Below, in pieces: positions 16,172 through 28,204 of a DNA stretch of 64,000 nucleotides (within the stretch, counting starts at the first letter, position 1; every line of letters begins with the position of its first letter). Made by a program: the position numbers and the translations under genes. This DNA is from an uncultured Candidatus Peribacteria bacterium. Lineage in GTDB: Bacteria > Patescibacteriota > Gracilibacteria > Peribacterales > Peribacteraceae. The notes beneath the pieces were generated by a model. It made no database searches and was not told the DNA's origin. It saw nothing but the letters and a program-made list of their open reading frames with translations. The stretch covers positions 31,480-95,479 of the forward strand of contig CAYRUZ010000001.1 in assembly GCA_964427895.1 (NCBI GenBank), written 5' to 3'.

Positions 16172-16936
16172 ATGCGTCGCACCGCGGTGTCCCTAACGGC
16201 TCTCATCCTGGTGCTCCTTCCGAGGACCGCCTCTGCCCATATTTTCAGCGGAGCGGAATTTCCGGCATACATTTTCAGCGATACGCGCTTCTGGTTCTTT
16301 TTGCTGTGTAACGGCTTGCTCGTGACAGTCGGCGCATGGCACTTGGTGCGCATCATGAAGCGACACCAGCCAGCACCGATCGCGATTGCCGCGAGCATGA
16401 CGACGTTCACGTTTGCCGCGTTCATGACGTCCTATGTTCTGCAGGTATTCCATCAAGTCGAACATGTCGCGCAGGTGTACCAGTATTGGCTCCTGCAACT
16501 TCCCGCGTCGCAGGCTCACGGCATCGTTTTTTTCGCTGATTTGGAGTGGAATCACTTCCTCTTCAATCTGTGTTATGAGATTGCACTTGGCATTTCGGCC
16601 CTCGGCTTCATTCGCGTGTTGTACCGGACGGACAATGCCACGTCGTTCAATCTCTTCGTGGTGTTCTATCCACTTATCATTCAAGGCTGGCACGTGGTTG
16701 AACACAGCGTGCGCATCATGGAACACATGCGGGTAGGATGCAGTCCTTGTCCGGGAATCCTCGACACACTGTTCGGCGTGCCGCTCATACCCCTGCATTA
16801 TTGGTTCGATCTTTCGATGCTTTTCCTGCAGGGAGTCCTGTTCATATGGTTCGGTTTTCCGGCTTACTTCAGGGCTCGGCGAAAATTGAAGATGCAAATG
16901 CGTTTAACCCCGGCGCCCGTCCTGCAGGAGGCGTAA
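16172..16936 (+). CDS. Polytopic membrane protein with duplicated His/Glu motifs (FHQVEHVAQ.. and WHVVEHSVRIMEH..)
   Basis: Signal-like N-terminus and about 6 hydrophobic helices. Two halves each carry xHxVEH followed later by an aromatic/His patch (LEWNHFLFN, PLHYWFDL). No family recognised. Confidence 0.6.
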   Translation: MRRTAVSLTALILVLLPRTASAHIFSGAEFPAYIFSDTRFWFFLLCNGLLVTVGAWHLVRIMKRHQPAPIAIAASMTTFTFAAFMTSYVLQVFHQVEHVAQVYQYWLLQLPASQAHGIVFFADLEWNHFLFNLCYEIALGISALGFIRVLYRTDNATSFNLFVVFYPLIIQGWHVVEHSVRIMEHMRVGCSPCPGILDTLFGVPLIPLHYWFDLSMLFLQGVLFIWFGFPAYFRARRKLKMQMRLTPAPVLQEA

Positions 16937-17278
16937 TCAATACACTCGGGTTCCGGGTGTAATGCTTCCTTCGGGGAAACCAAGAAGCGCTACTCCATTG
17001 TCCGTATCGACGCCCATCGTGAGACACTCCGAGAGAAACGGACCGATTTGCTTCGGTTCGAAGTTCACGACGCAGACGACGAGTCGGCCGACGAGTTGAT
17101 CGGGAGTGTAGAGCTGCGTGATCTGCGCGGAGGATTTCTTCGTTCCCAGTTCGCCGAAATCGATGGTCAGTTTGTACGCGGGTTTGCGAGCCTCGGGGAA
17201 TGCTTCGGCCGCGACGATGCGACCAACGCGCATGTCCACCGTCCGGAATTGATCATAGGAAATCGTGTCCATGGCCAA
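16937..17278 (-). CDS. csaA: tRNA-binding domain protein (CsaA/EMAP-type)
   Basis: F..VDMRVGRIV....FPEARKPAYKL.IDFG...K.SSAQIT and VVNF.P..IG motifs; 113 aa. Confidence 0.8.
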   Translation of the reverse strand: MAMDTISYDQFRTVDMRVGRIVAAEAFPEARKPAYKLTIDFGELGTKKSSAQITQLYTPDQLVGRLVVCVVNFEPKQIGPFLSECLTMGVDTDNGVALLGFPEGSITPGTRVY

Positions 17279-17353
17279 AGGCTAGCTGCTTCTTATCCAC
17301 AATCAAGAACCGCGTCTCTCCCCCGTGAAGAAGAGAGACGCGGCCGCGGTCAC

Positions 17354-17548
17354 TTATCGTTGCGCTTGGTGTGCCGGGGCGGGCGGACCGAAGGGCCCAT
17401 CCAACCGATACTCGGCCCGGACCATCGTCGGGAACGGCGTGTACTGTTGAGGGACGTAGCCCTCGACGTACACAGCCACCGACGTGCGGTGGGTGGAGCA
17501 ACCGGCGAGCGAAAGAAGCAACGCGGAGATCAGGAGAACCGTCTTCAT
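17354..17548 (-). CDS. Small lipoprotein
   Basis: MKTVLLISALLLSLAGC lipobox. GGAGG lies 6 nt upstream of the ATG at 17548. The track start at 17599 is rejected. Confidence 0.5.
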   Translation of the reverse strand: MKTVLLISALLLSLAGCSTHRTSVAVYVEGYVPQQYTPFPTMVRAEYRLDGPFGPPAPAHQAQR

Positions 17549-17669
17549 ACAAACCTCCATGAGTGAGTGGCCTGTGGCAGCCGACCATGGCTGACACATA
17601 CATATTGTACAATAAAATTAACTTTCAGTCACTCTATGCTTCGTCGCATCCATCAGCCAGAATCAAGGC

Positions 17670-18182
17670 ATGAGACAGGTTGTTATCGTCGATGAACAGA
17701 ACAACGAAGTGGGCCTTATGGAGATCGTCGCGGCCCACACCAACGGCGGCACCCTTCACCGTGCATTTTCCGTCTATGTGTTCAGTCCGGACGGAGCGAA
17801 AATCTGCATCCAGCGCCGCAGCGGCAAGAAAATGTTGTGGCCCCACATTTGGGCGAATACGTGCTGCAGTCATCCGTTCCCCGGTGAAAAAACGGACGCT
17901 GCGGCCGTGCGGCGATTGCCGGAGGAGTGCGGCATCAGTTGTCCGCTCGAAGAGGCGACGCACTTCGTGTATCGCGCGGACGATCCGAGTGGTGCCGGGA
18001 CCGAGCACGAATACCTGGCGATTTATCGCGGAACATACGAGGGTGATCTTGTGCCGAATCCAGACGAGATCGAGGAGTGGCGCTGGGTAGACGTCGAGTT
18101 GCTCAAAGAGGAAATGCGCGCGACTCCGCTCGCATTCGCTCCATGGTTCCATCTCGGGCTGAAGGCCCTGACGGGCGAGTGA
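17670..18182 (+). CDS. idi: Isopentenyl-diphosphate delta-isomerase, type 1 (Nudix fold)
   Basis: LHRAFSVYVF, WANTCCSHP and a Nudix-like E..A..R...EE.G segment; 170 aa. Confidence 0.85.
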   Translation: MRQVVIVDEQNNEVGLMEIVAAHTNGGTLHRAFSVYVFSPDGAKICIQRRSGKKMLWPHIWANTCCSHPFPGEKTDAAAVRRLPEECGISCPLEEATHFVYRADDPSGAGTEHEYLAIYRGTYEGDLVPNPDEIEEWRWVDVELLKEEMRATPLAFAPWFHLGLKALTGE

Positions 18183-18728
18183 TCATTCCGCGTAATCGCA
18201 AATGTCTCCCCACAGGCCGCGTTTTTCTTCGCGGGCGCGCAGTTCAAGCCTGTTGTATTCCTCCATCCGGGGCTGGGGATACTTGCGATAGCTGAATGCG
18301 AAGCCGTCGGACACCATGCGCGCATTGATGTCTTCGCCGTCTAAGCGCACGTAGCGCAGCAGCCGCCCGAAGACGTCGCGGTCTTCGGCCGGATTCGTTT
18401 CGAGCTCGATGTCGCGGTCGCTCAGGAGCTCCTTCAGCCTGTTCGACGCTTCCTTGCCGAAGCATTGCACGGGTTTGCTGGGATGCACCGTTTCTGGCGT
18501 GTCGATGCCGAGCATGCGCACTCGTTCGGTCGTTCCATCTGCAAGGAGGACGTCGAAAGTATCTCCGTCGATCGTTCGTATCACGTGCGGGAGCACAGTT
18601 TCTTCCGTCGCGCCGTTTGCTTCTTCGGTAATTTCTTGTGCCACGGATGCGGGTTGCCCCGTGCGTGTCAGCAGGAACAACGCAGGCAAAACGAGGAGCA
18701 CGACGAGCAACGGTGCGGCTTTTTTCAT
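18183..18728 (-). CDS. Secreted thermonuclease (staphylococcal nuclease fold)
   Basis: Signal peptide MKKAAPLLVVLLVLPALF. SNase motifs IDGDTFDV, RVRMLGIDTPE and GRLLRYV. Confidence 0.85.
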   Translation of the reverse strand: MKKAAPLLVVLLVLPALFLLTRTGQPASVAQEITEEANGATEETVLPHVIRTIDGDTFDVLLADGTTERVRMLGIDTPETVHPSKPVQCFGKEASNRLKELLSDRDIELETNPAEDRDVFGRLLRYVRLDGEDINARMVSDGFAFSYRKYPQPRMEEYNRLELRAREEKRGLWGDICDYAE

Positions 18729-19270
18729 AGACCGGGTGACAATTCATCGCTCCCTTCCGCCGTCGACGTCGGACGCGAGCTGCGACGGTCCGTGGGGGGC
18801 CTGCGTCGCTGCTTCGGGGCGTCCGCGTCCTCGCGCAACGTCAAACGGTCGATGCCGTGGATGCGTACCTCTTTCCAGTAGAAATCGAGCAGGGGATTCT
18901 CGGCATGGCGGAAATAGGCGTCCGACATAGAGTCGAGAGTCTGTTGTCCGTACTCCGCGACCAAATCCCGGTGCGTCAGTCGAGCGACAAGCTCATCCCA
19001 GAAGACATCGTTGTCATAGCGGTGCAGCACGTCTTTCGTTTCTGCGATGAGTCGTTCGGAAGGCCCCCATTCGCCGTTCTCTTCTTGCCGCGCCAAATCG
19101 CTGTGGCCGGCGTCCTCTGCGCGTCCGCACAGGGCGAAAAGCAGGTCGTTCGCTTCCTGTTGCAAAGGGGAGAGTTCGCGCGGATCGGTCCAATCGTTCA
19201 TCACCGCCTCGCCGATCGCAGCCAAGCGCAGCAGGGTGGCGAACTCTTCGCGTGAAAGGGGGAGATGCAT
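18725..19270 (-). CDS. Acidic cytoplasmic hypothetical protein, translationally coupled to the nuclease gene
   Basis: 181 aa with no signal peptide. It is rich in Asp/Glu and has a basic, disordered-looking C-terminal tail. Its stop overlaps the nuclease ATG (ATGA at 18725..18728). Confidence 0.55.
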   Translation of the reverse strand: MHLPLSREEFATLLRLAAIGEAVMNDWTDPRELSPLQQEANDLLFALCGRAEDAGHSDLARQEENGEWGPSERLIAETKDVLHRYDNDVFWDELVARLTHRDLVAEYGQQTLDSMSDAYFRHAENPLLDFYWKEVRIHGIDRLTLREDADAPKQRRRPPTDRRSSRPTSTAEGSDELSPGL

Positions 19271-19488
19271 GCCTCAATAGTACCCCGATCGGGCAAGGGG
19301 CAACGCCAATCCGTTCCGGAATTTTGCGGTGCGTCACAACGGCTGAAGTGAATTGTTATCATTCTTGGTTTTTGGCGTTCTAGATGCCCAGAGAACGCTT
19401 ATTGCAGGATTATTTTTTTATTCTACAATGCGCGCACTGGAGTCTCAGCAGTTGAGACCGATCTTTCGTTCCTCCGCAGGAGTTCGCT

Positions 19489-19947
19489 GTGAAGAATCTG
19501 ATGTCGACGCGACGATGGCTCGTTGCCCTCGCCGCCGTGACGGCCGTTCTCGTTCTGGCCGTCGTGTATTGCAAACCCGCGCAACGAGAAGAAACACACG
19601 AGGTGCTCGTCTGCTCCGCCGCCGAAGGGAAGACCTACGATATCCCCGGAGGCAGCTGCACGCTGTACCCCGACGCGCCGACGGGCCGCCTGTCATGCGC
19701 GCTGGTCCAGCAGAAGGGCCGCTATCCCGAACAGGGGAAGCGGGTCAACAAGCGCTGCACCGAAGCCATCTTCGTCATCGACGGCGAGCTCATTCTTACG
19801 CTCTCCGACAGGACGGTGACACTCAAGAAGAACGATGTCGTCTATGTCACGCCGGGCCAGCCTTACGCCATCGAAGGTACGGCGACAGTCTTCGTGTTCA
19901 TAGAACCGAAGTGGGACAAGACGCAGAACGTCCCGGCTGAAGATTGA
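19489..19947 (+). CDS. Cupin-domain protein with N-terminal signal or anchor
   Basis: GTG start with AGGAG 7 nt upstream. The C-terminal FVIDGELILTL....V.L.KNDVVYV.PGQPY.IEG pattern looks like a cupin barrel. Confidence 0.55.
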   Translation: MKNLMSTRRWLVALAAVTAVLVLAVVYCKPAQREETHEVLVCSAAEGKTYDIPGGSCTLYPDAPTGRLSCALVQQKGRYPEQGKRVNKRCTEAIFVIDGELILTLSDRTVTLKKNDVVYVTPGQPYAIEGTATVFVFIEPKWDKTQNVPAED

Positions 19948-19957
19948 TTCCAGTCCG

Positions 19958-19987
19958 CTCCGGCCGCGCGCATGCGCGCGGCCGGAG
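19958..19987. terminator. Bidirectional hairpin: perfect 14-bp GC-rich palindrome CTCCGGCCGCGCGC-AT-GCGCGCGGCCGGAG
   Basis: It fills the 45-nt gap between the convergent genes ending at 19947 (+) and 19993 (-). No U-tract. Confidence 0.65.
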
Positions 19988-19992
19988 AGACA

Positions 19993-21129
19993 TCATTGTT
20001 TCGCGTCTTTCTGCACGGGACATTTCCCTACGCTTTCCTTCGGATCGAGGCTGATCAAGGTGAACTTCTTCTTTTTGCGGTCGTACGAGTACACATCCGT
20101 GGTGTCGTTCTTGTCGTCATTATCCAGGCGCTCAACAGCGACGCAGATCACCGTCGAGGCATCATCGCTTAAGAGGGCATCCTGGCAGCTGATGCGTTGA
20201 GCGAGAGATTCCGTCGTGTCGAACAAAACGTTGCTGAATGGTCCGCTGGAAAAGACGAGGAACGTGCCGCTGCCGCTGATGGACTGCACTTCGCCGCGGC
20301 CGATGTTCTGGGCTTTCATCCGGACGCGCCCTGTTTGATCCGTATACGCTTCGGTCTTGCCGTCTTTCGTGTAGTACGTTTGGAAGAAGGACGAGTACGC
20401 GAAACGCCCGTCTGCGCGCAGGCGGAGTCCGTACGATGTTGAACGCACCCCGCTCATGGGGATGAAAACCGTGCCGCTCGAGAGCGGCGTATACGCCTGC
20501 GCCACGGTCGTGGTAAGGGCGGCGTTTTTCCTGTCATAGACGAATCCATACACGGCATTCACGTCTTTCCGCCAAGCGAAGAACACGTATCGGCCGCTAT
20601 CGCTGACGGCCAAAGGAGGCAGGTGGCTCAACGGGGACGACGTGGTCTTTTTTACAGTGCTGGTAGTCTGCATCGCGATGCTCGTATCGGTCTTCGCTTT
20701 AATGTCATGAACATGCAGGACCGGCTGCCCGTAATCCCCATCGAGCGTCAGCCAGTAGAGCGTGGCTCCGGAATTGTCGATGACGACGTCTTCACCGATG
20801 TCCGGCAGCTTCTTCGTGTCTTTCTTTTTCAGGTCCCGGAGGAAAAGGCCGTCAAAGTTGCTGTAGTCGCTGCGGAAAACAACGTACCGCGCATCGCGGC
20901 TCATACTCACGAGTTTGCTTCCGCCGTACAGCCAACCCTGCGGTGCGTACCACGAAGATTGCACGCAGCGTGTCACCGGTGTCGCGGGAGTATCCTTGGT
21001 GTTTTCGCCCGCCCTCGTGCGCGTCAAAACGGCAGTCTGCGACGTATACAAAGCAGTCGACATGCCGATGGCTGCGGCGATGCCGAGCATCGAAGCGACG
21101 ATGGCCGTGTGGCGCAGATACGAAGGCAT
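19993..21129 (-). CDS. Membrane-anchored or secreted PD40/TolB-like beta-propeller repeat protein
   Basis: N-terminal hydrophobic helix (IVASMLGIAAAIGMSTALY) and recurring S.D(A/G)RY(V/F)(V/F)F-type repeats. The ATG at 21129 is chosen because the track start overlaps the upstream gene. Confidence 0.55.
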   Translation of the reverse strand: MPSYLRHTAIVASMLGIAAAIGMSTALYTSQTAVLTRTRAGENTKDTPATPVTRCVQSSWYAPQGWLYGGSKLVSMSRDARYVVFRSDYSNFDGLFLRDLKKKDTKKLPDIGEDVVIDNSGATLYWLTLDGDYGQPVLHVHDIKAKTDTSIAMQTTSTVKKTTSSPLSHLPPLAVSDSGRYVFFAWRKDVNAVYGFVYDRKNAALTTTVAQAYTPLSSGTVFIPMSGVRSTSYGLRLRADGRFAYSSFFQTYYTKDGKTEAYTDQTGRVRMKAQNIGRGEVQSISGSGTFLVFSSGPFSNVLFDTTESLAQRISCQDALLSDDASTVICVAVERLDNDDKNDTTDVYSYDRKKKKFTLISLDPKESVGKCPVQKDAKQ

Positions 21130-21188
21130 ACGTCCGCGGAAGAACGCCAAAAGACTACGCTTTTCGCGCGTGATGGCAACGAAGACGA

Positions 21189-21917
21189 CTATGCGGACAG
21201 ACGTTTTGCATCCAGATATTTTCGACGCAGTGCGGCATCGAAGCGTTCGATCGCGTAGCGCAGTGCGGTGCGCGGCATGGTAGCCGCGTGCTCGTCGAGA
21301 AACTTCCGCAGGGCAGCCGTGTCCTTCTTGCCGGCTTCGCGCAGCATCCATCCAACCGCCTTGTGTATGAGGTCATGCGGGTGGCCCAGCAGGGCGCGGG
21401 CGATGCGGAAAGTCGGCTTCAAATCCCCGCGGCGGATGAACGCCCATGTGCTGACGATCGCTACGCGCTGTGTCCACAAGTGCGTCGATGCCGCGAGTTC
21501 GTCCAGCGTCCGAGCGTCCGTACCGATAAGCCACTCACCCAGAATGTAGGGCGCCGAGCCGTCGACGAGATCCCAATTGTTCACCCGGTCCAAGCGCGAC
21601 AAATACAAATCAACGATGCGATGTTGCTCGGCACGGTCCGCGTGCTCGAATTGCATGACCAATATTTCCAGACCCGCGAGGCGCACTTCGTGCAGGGGGC
21701 TCTCCAGTAATTCCACTATCCCCGATCGCGATAGCGCCTTGTGCTCCTTGGCAACGCGGCGGATAAGCGGGACGGTCACGCCGAGGAAGCGGTCGCCCTC
21801 GGCATACTCGCCCTTGCCCGCTTTGAAAAAGCGGGGGAAAAATGCGGCTTTCTTGCTATCCGCAAGGGCTTTGAGCGCGCGGATTACGTCTGCCGACGTA
21901 GGGGAGGCAACGGTCAT
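21189..21917 (-). CDS. DNA alkylation repair protein (AlkD-like HEAT-repeat glycosylase family)
   Basis: FFPRFFK.G.GEYAEGDRFLGV.VP..R..AK, NNWDLVD and W..RVAIV motifs characteristic of the family. Confidence 0.75.
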   Translation of the reverse strand: MTVASPTSADVIRALKALADSKKAAFFPRFFKAGKGEYAEGDRFLGVTVPLIRRVAKEHKALSRSGIVELLESPLHEVRLAGLEILVMQFEHADRAEQHRIVDLYLSRLDRVNNWDLVDGSAPYILGEWLIGTDARTLDELAASTHLWTQRVAIVSTWAFIRRGDLKPTFRIARALLGHPHDLIHKAVGWMLREAGKKDTAALRKFLDEHAATMPRTALRYAIERFDAALRRKYLDAKRLSA

Positions 21918-23857
21918 TGAATGCGCACCTTGCGTCGGTAATTTTCCGCTGCGCGGGCATCACCCGCTTTTTCCGCGATGTCCGCCAGAGTCTGGTATTG
22001 CAGGGAGATTTCCTTCTCGCCGCCCGCCAGTTCTATCGCTCGCTGAAAAGCGTCCAAGGCGTTTGACCAGTCTCCTTGCTGTGCCAGGAGGATGCCTCGC
22101 GCTTCGAGCGGTTCATATCTGTACGGCTTCATCTTCTCTGCTGCATCAAGGGCTCCAAGCGCCTCGCCGTCTCTGCGTTGCAGGGTGAGAAGGTACGCGA
22201 GGACGATTTGGGCACGCATAGAATTGGACGACTCGTTGATCGCTCTTCGTGCCTCGCGCTCGAGTGTCGGCAGAATCGCGGGGTCCAGCGTCGTGACGGA
22301 AAAGGGATTGGCCAGGATGCTCGGCGAGAGCGCGCGATATCCCAGCGCGTTCACGCGATCGATGTTGTTCGTCGCGCGGAGATAGACCGCCGCGTCGTCG
22401 TCGAGGTACACAGGTATCCATTGTCCGTCCGTGTCGAGGATCGAGATGTACGGTGAGGGCGATAGCCGGATGTACGGTGAGTAATAGATGACGGCGGAAT
22501 CGATCGCGTATTTGTCGACGAGCGATCGCCACGTCGCCGCATTGTCGCCTGCGTGGAATGCATTGAAGAGGAACGAATATCCGTAATCGACGTTGCGCCC
22601 GTCGACGAACACTGGCTGCCCGCGATAGAGGAGATATCCGCCCGCTTCATACGTATTGAACGCCCGAAGCGGGAGATTCACCGCGTCCAGAAAATCGGCT
22701 GCGCCTTGGAGCGGTTCGGCCGCGCCGAAGCCGGTCCATCCGTTGCGCCCTGCAAAGAATGCGGTGTCCCGGGAGATCAGAACACCTGCGATGAGGACCG
22801 TGAGAGCGAAGATTCCGCCCCATACATATGCACTGCGCTCAATGGCATGCAGAACATCCTGCCATCGGTTGTTGCCGCGCAATTCCATCACTATCACGCC
22901 CAGTGCCGCAAAAATGAAAAAGGGTTCATGCCGTCTGGCACTCAATGACAGTGCGCCGAAAACGACAAGGACGAGGAGAGAGAAGACCGGGAAGCGGCGG
23001 CTCCACACTGCGGCTCCCGCTGCCGCTATCCACGGCAGCCAGAACAGTCCGGCGTATTCAAGAGGCGGACGCGCCGACCATTCCTGGATGAAGACGATGC
23101 TTTGATCGCTCAGCAGTTGAGAGAGGTAATCGAACACCGCCGTCGGATGGGGAGTGAGCAAGAGCCCGAAGCATCCGATGACGATCGTGAGGGCGGCCCA
23201 TGCCAGCTCGGTACGCAGCGAGGAATCCCCGAGGCGTTTCCATGTGCCCAAGACGCGTTGGCAGTAAGCGGCCACAACGAGCCCCAGCCCCAGCAGGGCC
23301 GCTCCCCCGTGGAGATTGCTCCATAGAGCTGTGAAGAAGAAGGTCGCACCGGCGAACAGCGAGCGCGTACGGGTGGTTGGTACGTGGTTCTCCATCAAGC
23401 GGACACAGCCGAAGAACGCCAGCGCAAACAGCGCGAAGCTCCACAATTGGGGACGATCCATCAGGGCTCCGCGTATGGAAAGCGCGAACGGAACGGCGAT
23501 GAGGAAGTATGTCCATGCGCGTCGCCAGTCGATGGCGAGAAGCGCTGCAAAGGCGAGCGCTGTCATCACGATACGCATCACGATCAGGCCCACGGAACCG
23601 CCGAGATCGAACACGATCGACAGCACGATCTGCGCCAGCCATTCATGGGTGGCGAGGTACGGCTGTCCGACGCGCGTGAAAGCGAAGGGTTCCACTGCGA
23701 TCAAACCATGTGTCTCTCGCATCAAGCGGCCGGAGGCGATGTGCCACCACACGTCGTAATCGACCACTTTGAAAACGGCGACCCATCCAATGAGAAGTAG
23801 AAGGACAACAAAGGCGGCGATGTGGACCGCAGGGCGGCGATCAATAGACCATGACAT
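21914..23857 (-). CDS. Large polytopic membrane protein with C-terminal TPR repeats (GT-C-like?)
   Basis: About 12 hydrophobic helices, then a soluble domain and TPR-like repeats (ALGALDAAEKM.., WSNALDAFQRAIEL). Its stop overlaps the AlkD-like ATG (ATGA). The ATG at 23857 is preferred over the TTG at 23884. Confidence 0.6.
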   Translation of the reverse strand: MSWSIDRRPAVHIAAFVVLLLLIGWVAVFKVVDYDVWWHIASGRLMRETHGLIAVEPFAFTRVGQPYLATHEWLAQIVLSIVFDLGGSVGLIVMRIVMTALAFAALLAIDWRRAWTYFLIAVPFALSIRGALMDRPQLWSFALFALAFFGCVRLMENHVPTTRTRSLFAGATFFFTALWSNLHGGAALLGLGLVVAAYCQRVLGTWKRLGDSSLRTELAWAALTIVIGCFGLLLTPHPTAVFDYLSQLLSDQSIVFIQEWSARPPLEYAGLFWLPWIAAAGAAVWSRRFPVFSLLVLVVFGALSLSARRHEPFFIFAALGVIVMELRGNNRWQDVLHAIERSAYVWGGIFALTVLIAGVLISRDTAFFAGRNGWTGFGAAEPLQGAADFLDAVNLPLRAFNTYEAGGYLLYRGQPVFVDGRNVDYGYSFLFNAFHAGDNAATWRSLVDKYAIDSAVIYYSPYIRLSPSPYISILDTDGQWIPVYLDDDAAVYLRATNNIDRVNALGYRALSPSILANPFSVTTLDPAILPTLEREARRAINESSNSMRAQIVLAYLLTLQRRDGEALGALDAAEKMKPYRYEPLEARGILLAQQGDWSNALDAFQRAIELAGGEKEISLQYQTLADIAEKAGDARAAENYRRKVRIQ

Positions 23858-23882
23858 GCCGCCAAGTGTAGAGACTCGGGAC

Positions 23883-23912
23883 AAAAAAAGAACCGCCCGG
23901 GAAGGGCGGTCC
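23883..23912 (-). terminator. Rho-independent terminator after the DsbA-like gene
   Basis: The minus strand reads GGACCGCCC-TTCCC-GGGCGGTTC followed by TTTTTTT. That is a 9-bp stem (one G-U pair), 20 nt after the stop at 23933. Confidence 0.75.
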
Positions 23913-23932
23913 TGTTTCAGTGTGACGGATTC

Positions 23933-24688
23933 TTACTTCGCCATTTCGTCGAAGGCCTTCTGGAAGGATGCGTACGAAGCGGCACCGCTGATGAATTGGC
24001 TCTGGTTGTTCTTACCGATAATCCAGAAGCCCGGCGTTCCGGTGATGCCGGATGCTGCTCCGTCGGACTGATCTTTCGTGATTTCCGGCTTGCGCTTGTC
24101 GCCGTCGAGACAGGCGTCGAAGCTGGAGGCGTTCAGGCCGATATCCTTCGCGTACCCCTTGAAAGTCGCTGACGGATCACTGAGGCCCTTCCAATCCGCC
24201 AGTTTGCTGAAGAGCGCATCGTGCATTTCCCAGAACTTGCCTTGCATGTCTGCGCATCCGGCGGCCTCTGCCGCCTTAGGGGCGTTGGGGTGGATGGTGA
24301 GGGGATAGTCGCGGATGACGTAGCGTACCTTTCCGGTGTCGACGTAATCCTTCTTAATGGAGGAGAACGTCTGCAGGAAATGCCGCTGGCAGTACGGACA
24401 CTGGAAGTCCGTGAATTCGATGAGGGTCACCGGCGCAGTCTTGCTGCCGAGCATGGGGTCGTCATCGACCGTCGCGGGGGTGCGCTGCACGGATGATTTG
24501 GACGAAGCAACGGCAGTGGGATTGGCCGCTTGCTGTTGCTGCTGGGGCGCCGCGGGGGCCGGTGCGTCTCCGCCCATGAAGATGAGTCCGTTGGGGAAGT
24601 TCGCGTGGAATGTGCTGCCGATCATGAAGCAAGCCAGGCCGACGAAGGCGACGAACCACGGATTGCCGAGACGAGGAGTGGGGGGCAT
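23933..24688 (-). CDS. DsbA-family thiol:disulfide oxidoreductase (membrane-anchored)
   Basis: N-terminal TM helix, a Gln/Ala-rich linker and a thioredoxin-fold CPYC active site (FTDFQCPYCQRH). Confidence 0.8.
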   Translation of the reverse strand: MPPTPRLGNPWFVAFVGLACFMIGSTFHANFPNGLIFMGGDAPAPAAPQQQQQAANPTAVASSKSSVQRTPATVDDDPMLGSKTAPVTLIEFTDFQCPYCQRHFLQTFSSIKKDYVDTGKVRYVIRDYPLTIHPNAPKAAEAAGCADMQGKFWEMHDALFSKLADWKGLSDPSATFKGYAKDIGLNASSFDACLDGDKRKPEITKDQSDGAASGITGTPGFWIIGKNNQSQFISGAASYASFQKAFDEMAK

Positions 24689-24907
24689 AGAAAGGAAAAA
24701 AATGTGACGATGGGATCGTACTGCCCGAATTCTGTCCAGAGAATGGTAGACCGATGGACAGGGTGGGTTGTTCAGTATGTGATGGATTCCCAGGCGCAGG
24801 AATTGGCTTATGGATAAGTAAAAAACGGGGCGGCGGAAGTGCCCGTCTTTTCCCGAGTGATCTCTTAGGACCCTTGTTTGTCTAGCATTTTTCCTGTACT
24901 AGCCTAG

Positions 24908-26308
<1,401 letters not shown>

Positions 26309-26309
26309 C

Positions 26310-26726
26310 ATGCTCGTCGAATTGATCACCTCCGAAGGCAGTGCATTCAGCGGCGAGGCGGCGTCCGTCACGCTGCCCAGCGGCGATGGGGAAATCACGA
26401 TATTGCCCCATCACTCGCCGCTCATCTCCACGGTCGTGCCGGGCACGGTGATCGTCCGGTCAGGCCAAGATGAGCAGTTCTTCGCCGTATCGCGAGGCGT
26501 GGTCCAGGTAGGAGGCGACATGGTGCGCGTCATTTCCGACATCGCCGACCGTGCCGAAACGCTGGAGGAGGATGCCATCGAACTCGCGAAGAAGCGTGCA
26601 GAGGAATTGCTCCAGGCTCGTCGCTCCGATTCCGAGGAATTCGCCGATGCCCGCGCGACGCTCGAGCGCGAAATCGCCCGCATTACCACCATCCATCGCC
26701 TCCGCACCCGCCGCCGCCGCGCCTAG
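26310..26726 (+). CDS. atpC: F1 ATP synthase epsilon subunit
   Basis: 138 aa, starting 1 nt after the atpD stop. N-terminal beta-sandwich-like region (ITILPHHSPLIS.V.PG.V.V) and a C-terminal helical hairpin. Confidence 0.8.
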   Translation: MLVELITSEGSAFSGEAASVTLPSGDGEITILPHHSPLISTVVPGTVIVRSGQDEQFFAVSRGVVQVGGDMVRVISDIADRAETLEEDAIELAKKRAEELLQARRSDSEEFADARATLEREIARITTIHRLRTRRRRA

Positions 26727-26727
26727 C

Positions 26728-27086
26728 ATGCTGCAGAACGAACCCACTCCGCCGGCCCATCCGCACAAAGACGTCTCACCCAAGGACAGCACGATGCTGG
26801 GTTTTGGCTTCGCCCTCGACCTGGGGTACACGATCGCGATCCCCGCTGTCCTTTTCGGATTGCTTGGGGGATACCTCGACAAGCGCATGGGATCGTCCCC
26901 GCTCTATCTCTTCCTGTGTTTGGGGTTCGCGTTCTTCATCTCGTTCATGATCGTTTGGCGAAAGGTGAAGGAGATCATGGCGCGCATGCCCAAGGTGCTT
27001 CCCAAGAAGAAGGTGAAGCCGGTAGACGAGGATATCGCCCGAGAACAGGAAGCTCTCCACGACCTTTTCCGTCCCCCCAGTGAACA

Positions 27087-27090
<4 letters not shown>
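26728..27090 (+). CDS. Small 2-TM protein in the AtpZ/AtpI position
   Basis: Two hydrophobic helices (LGFGFALDLGYTIAIPAVLFGLLGGYLD, LYLFLCLGFAFFISFMIVW) immediately upstream of atpB, overlapping it by ATGA. The start is uncertain (26728 or 26794). Confidence 0.5.
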
Positions 27091-28176
<1,086 letters not shown>

Positions 28177-28204
28177 ATCTCTATCGTTTCCTCCCCGCCG
28201 CTTT

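Noticed and set aside
24825-24850. Hairpin with flanking A- and T-runs (AAAAACGGGG...GCCCGTCTTTT) upstream of atpD, as a possible terminator or attenuator.
   Set aside because: The stem is only about 5 bp with a 12-nt loop, and no upstream gene on the plus strand would need terminating there.
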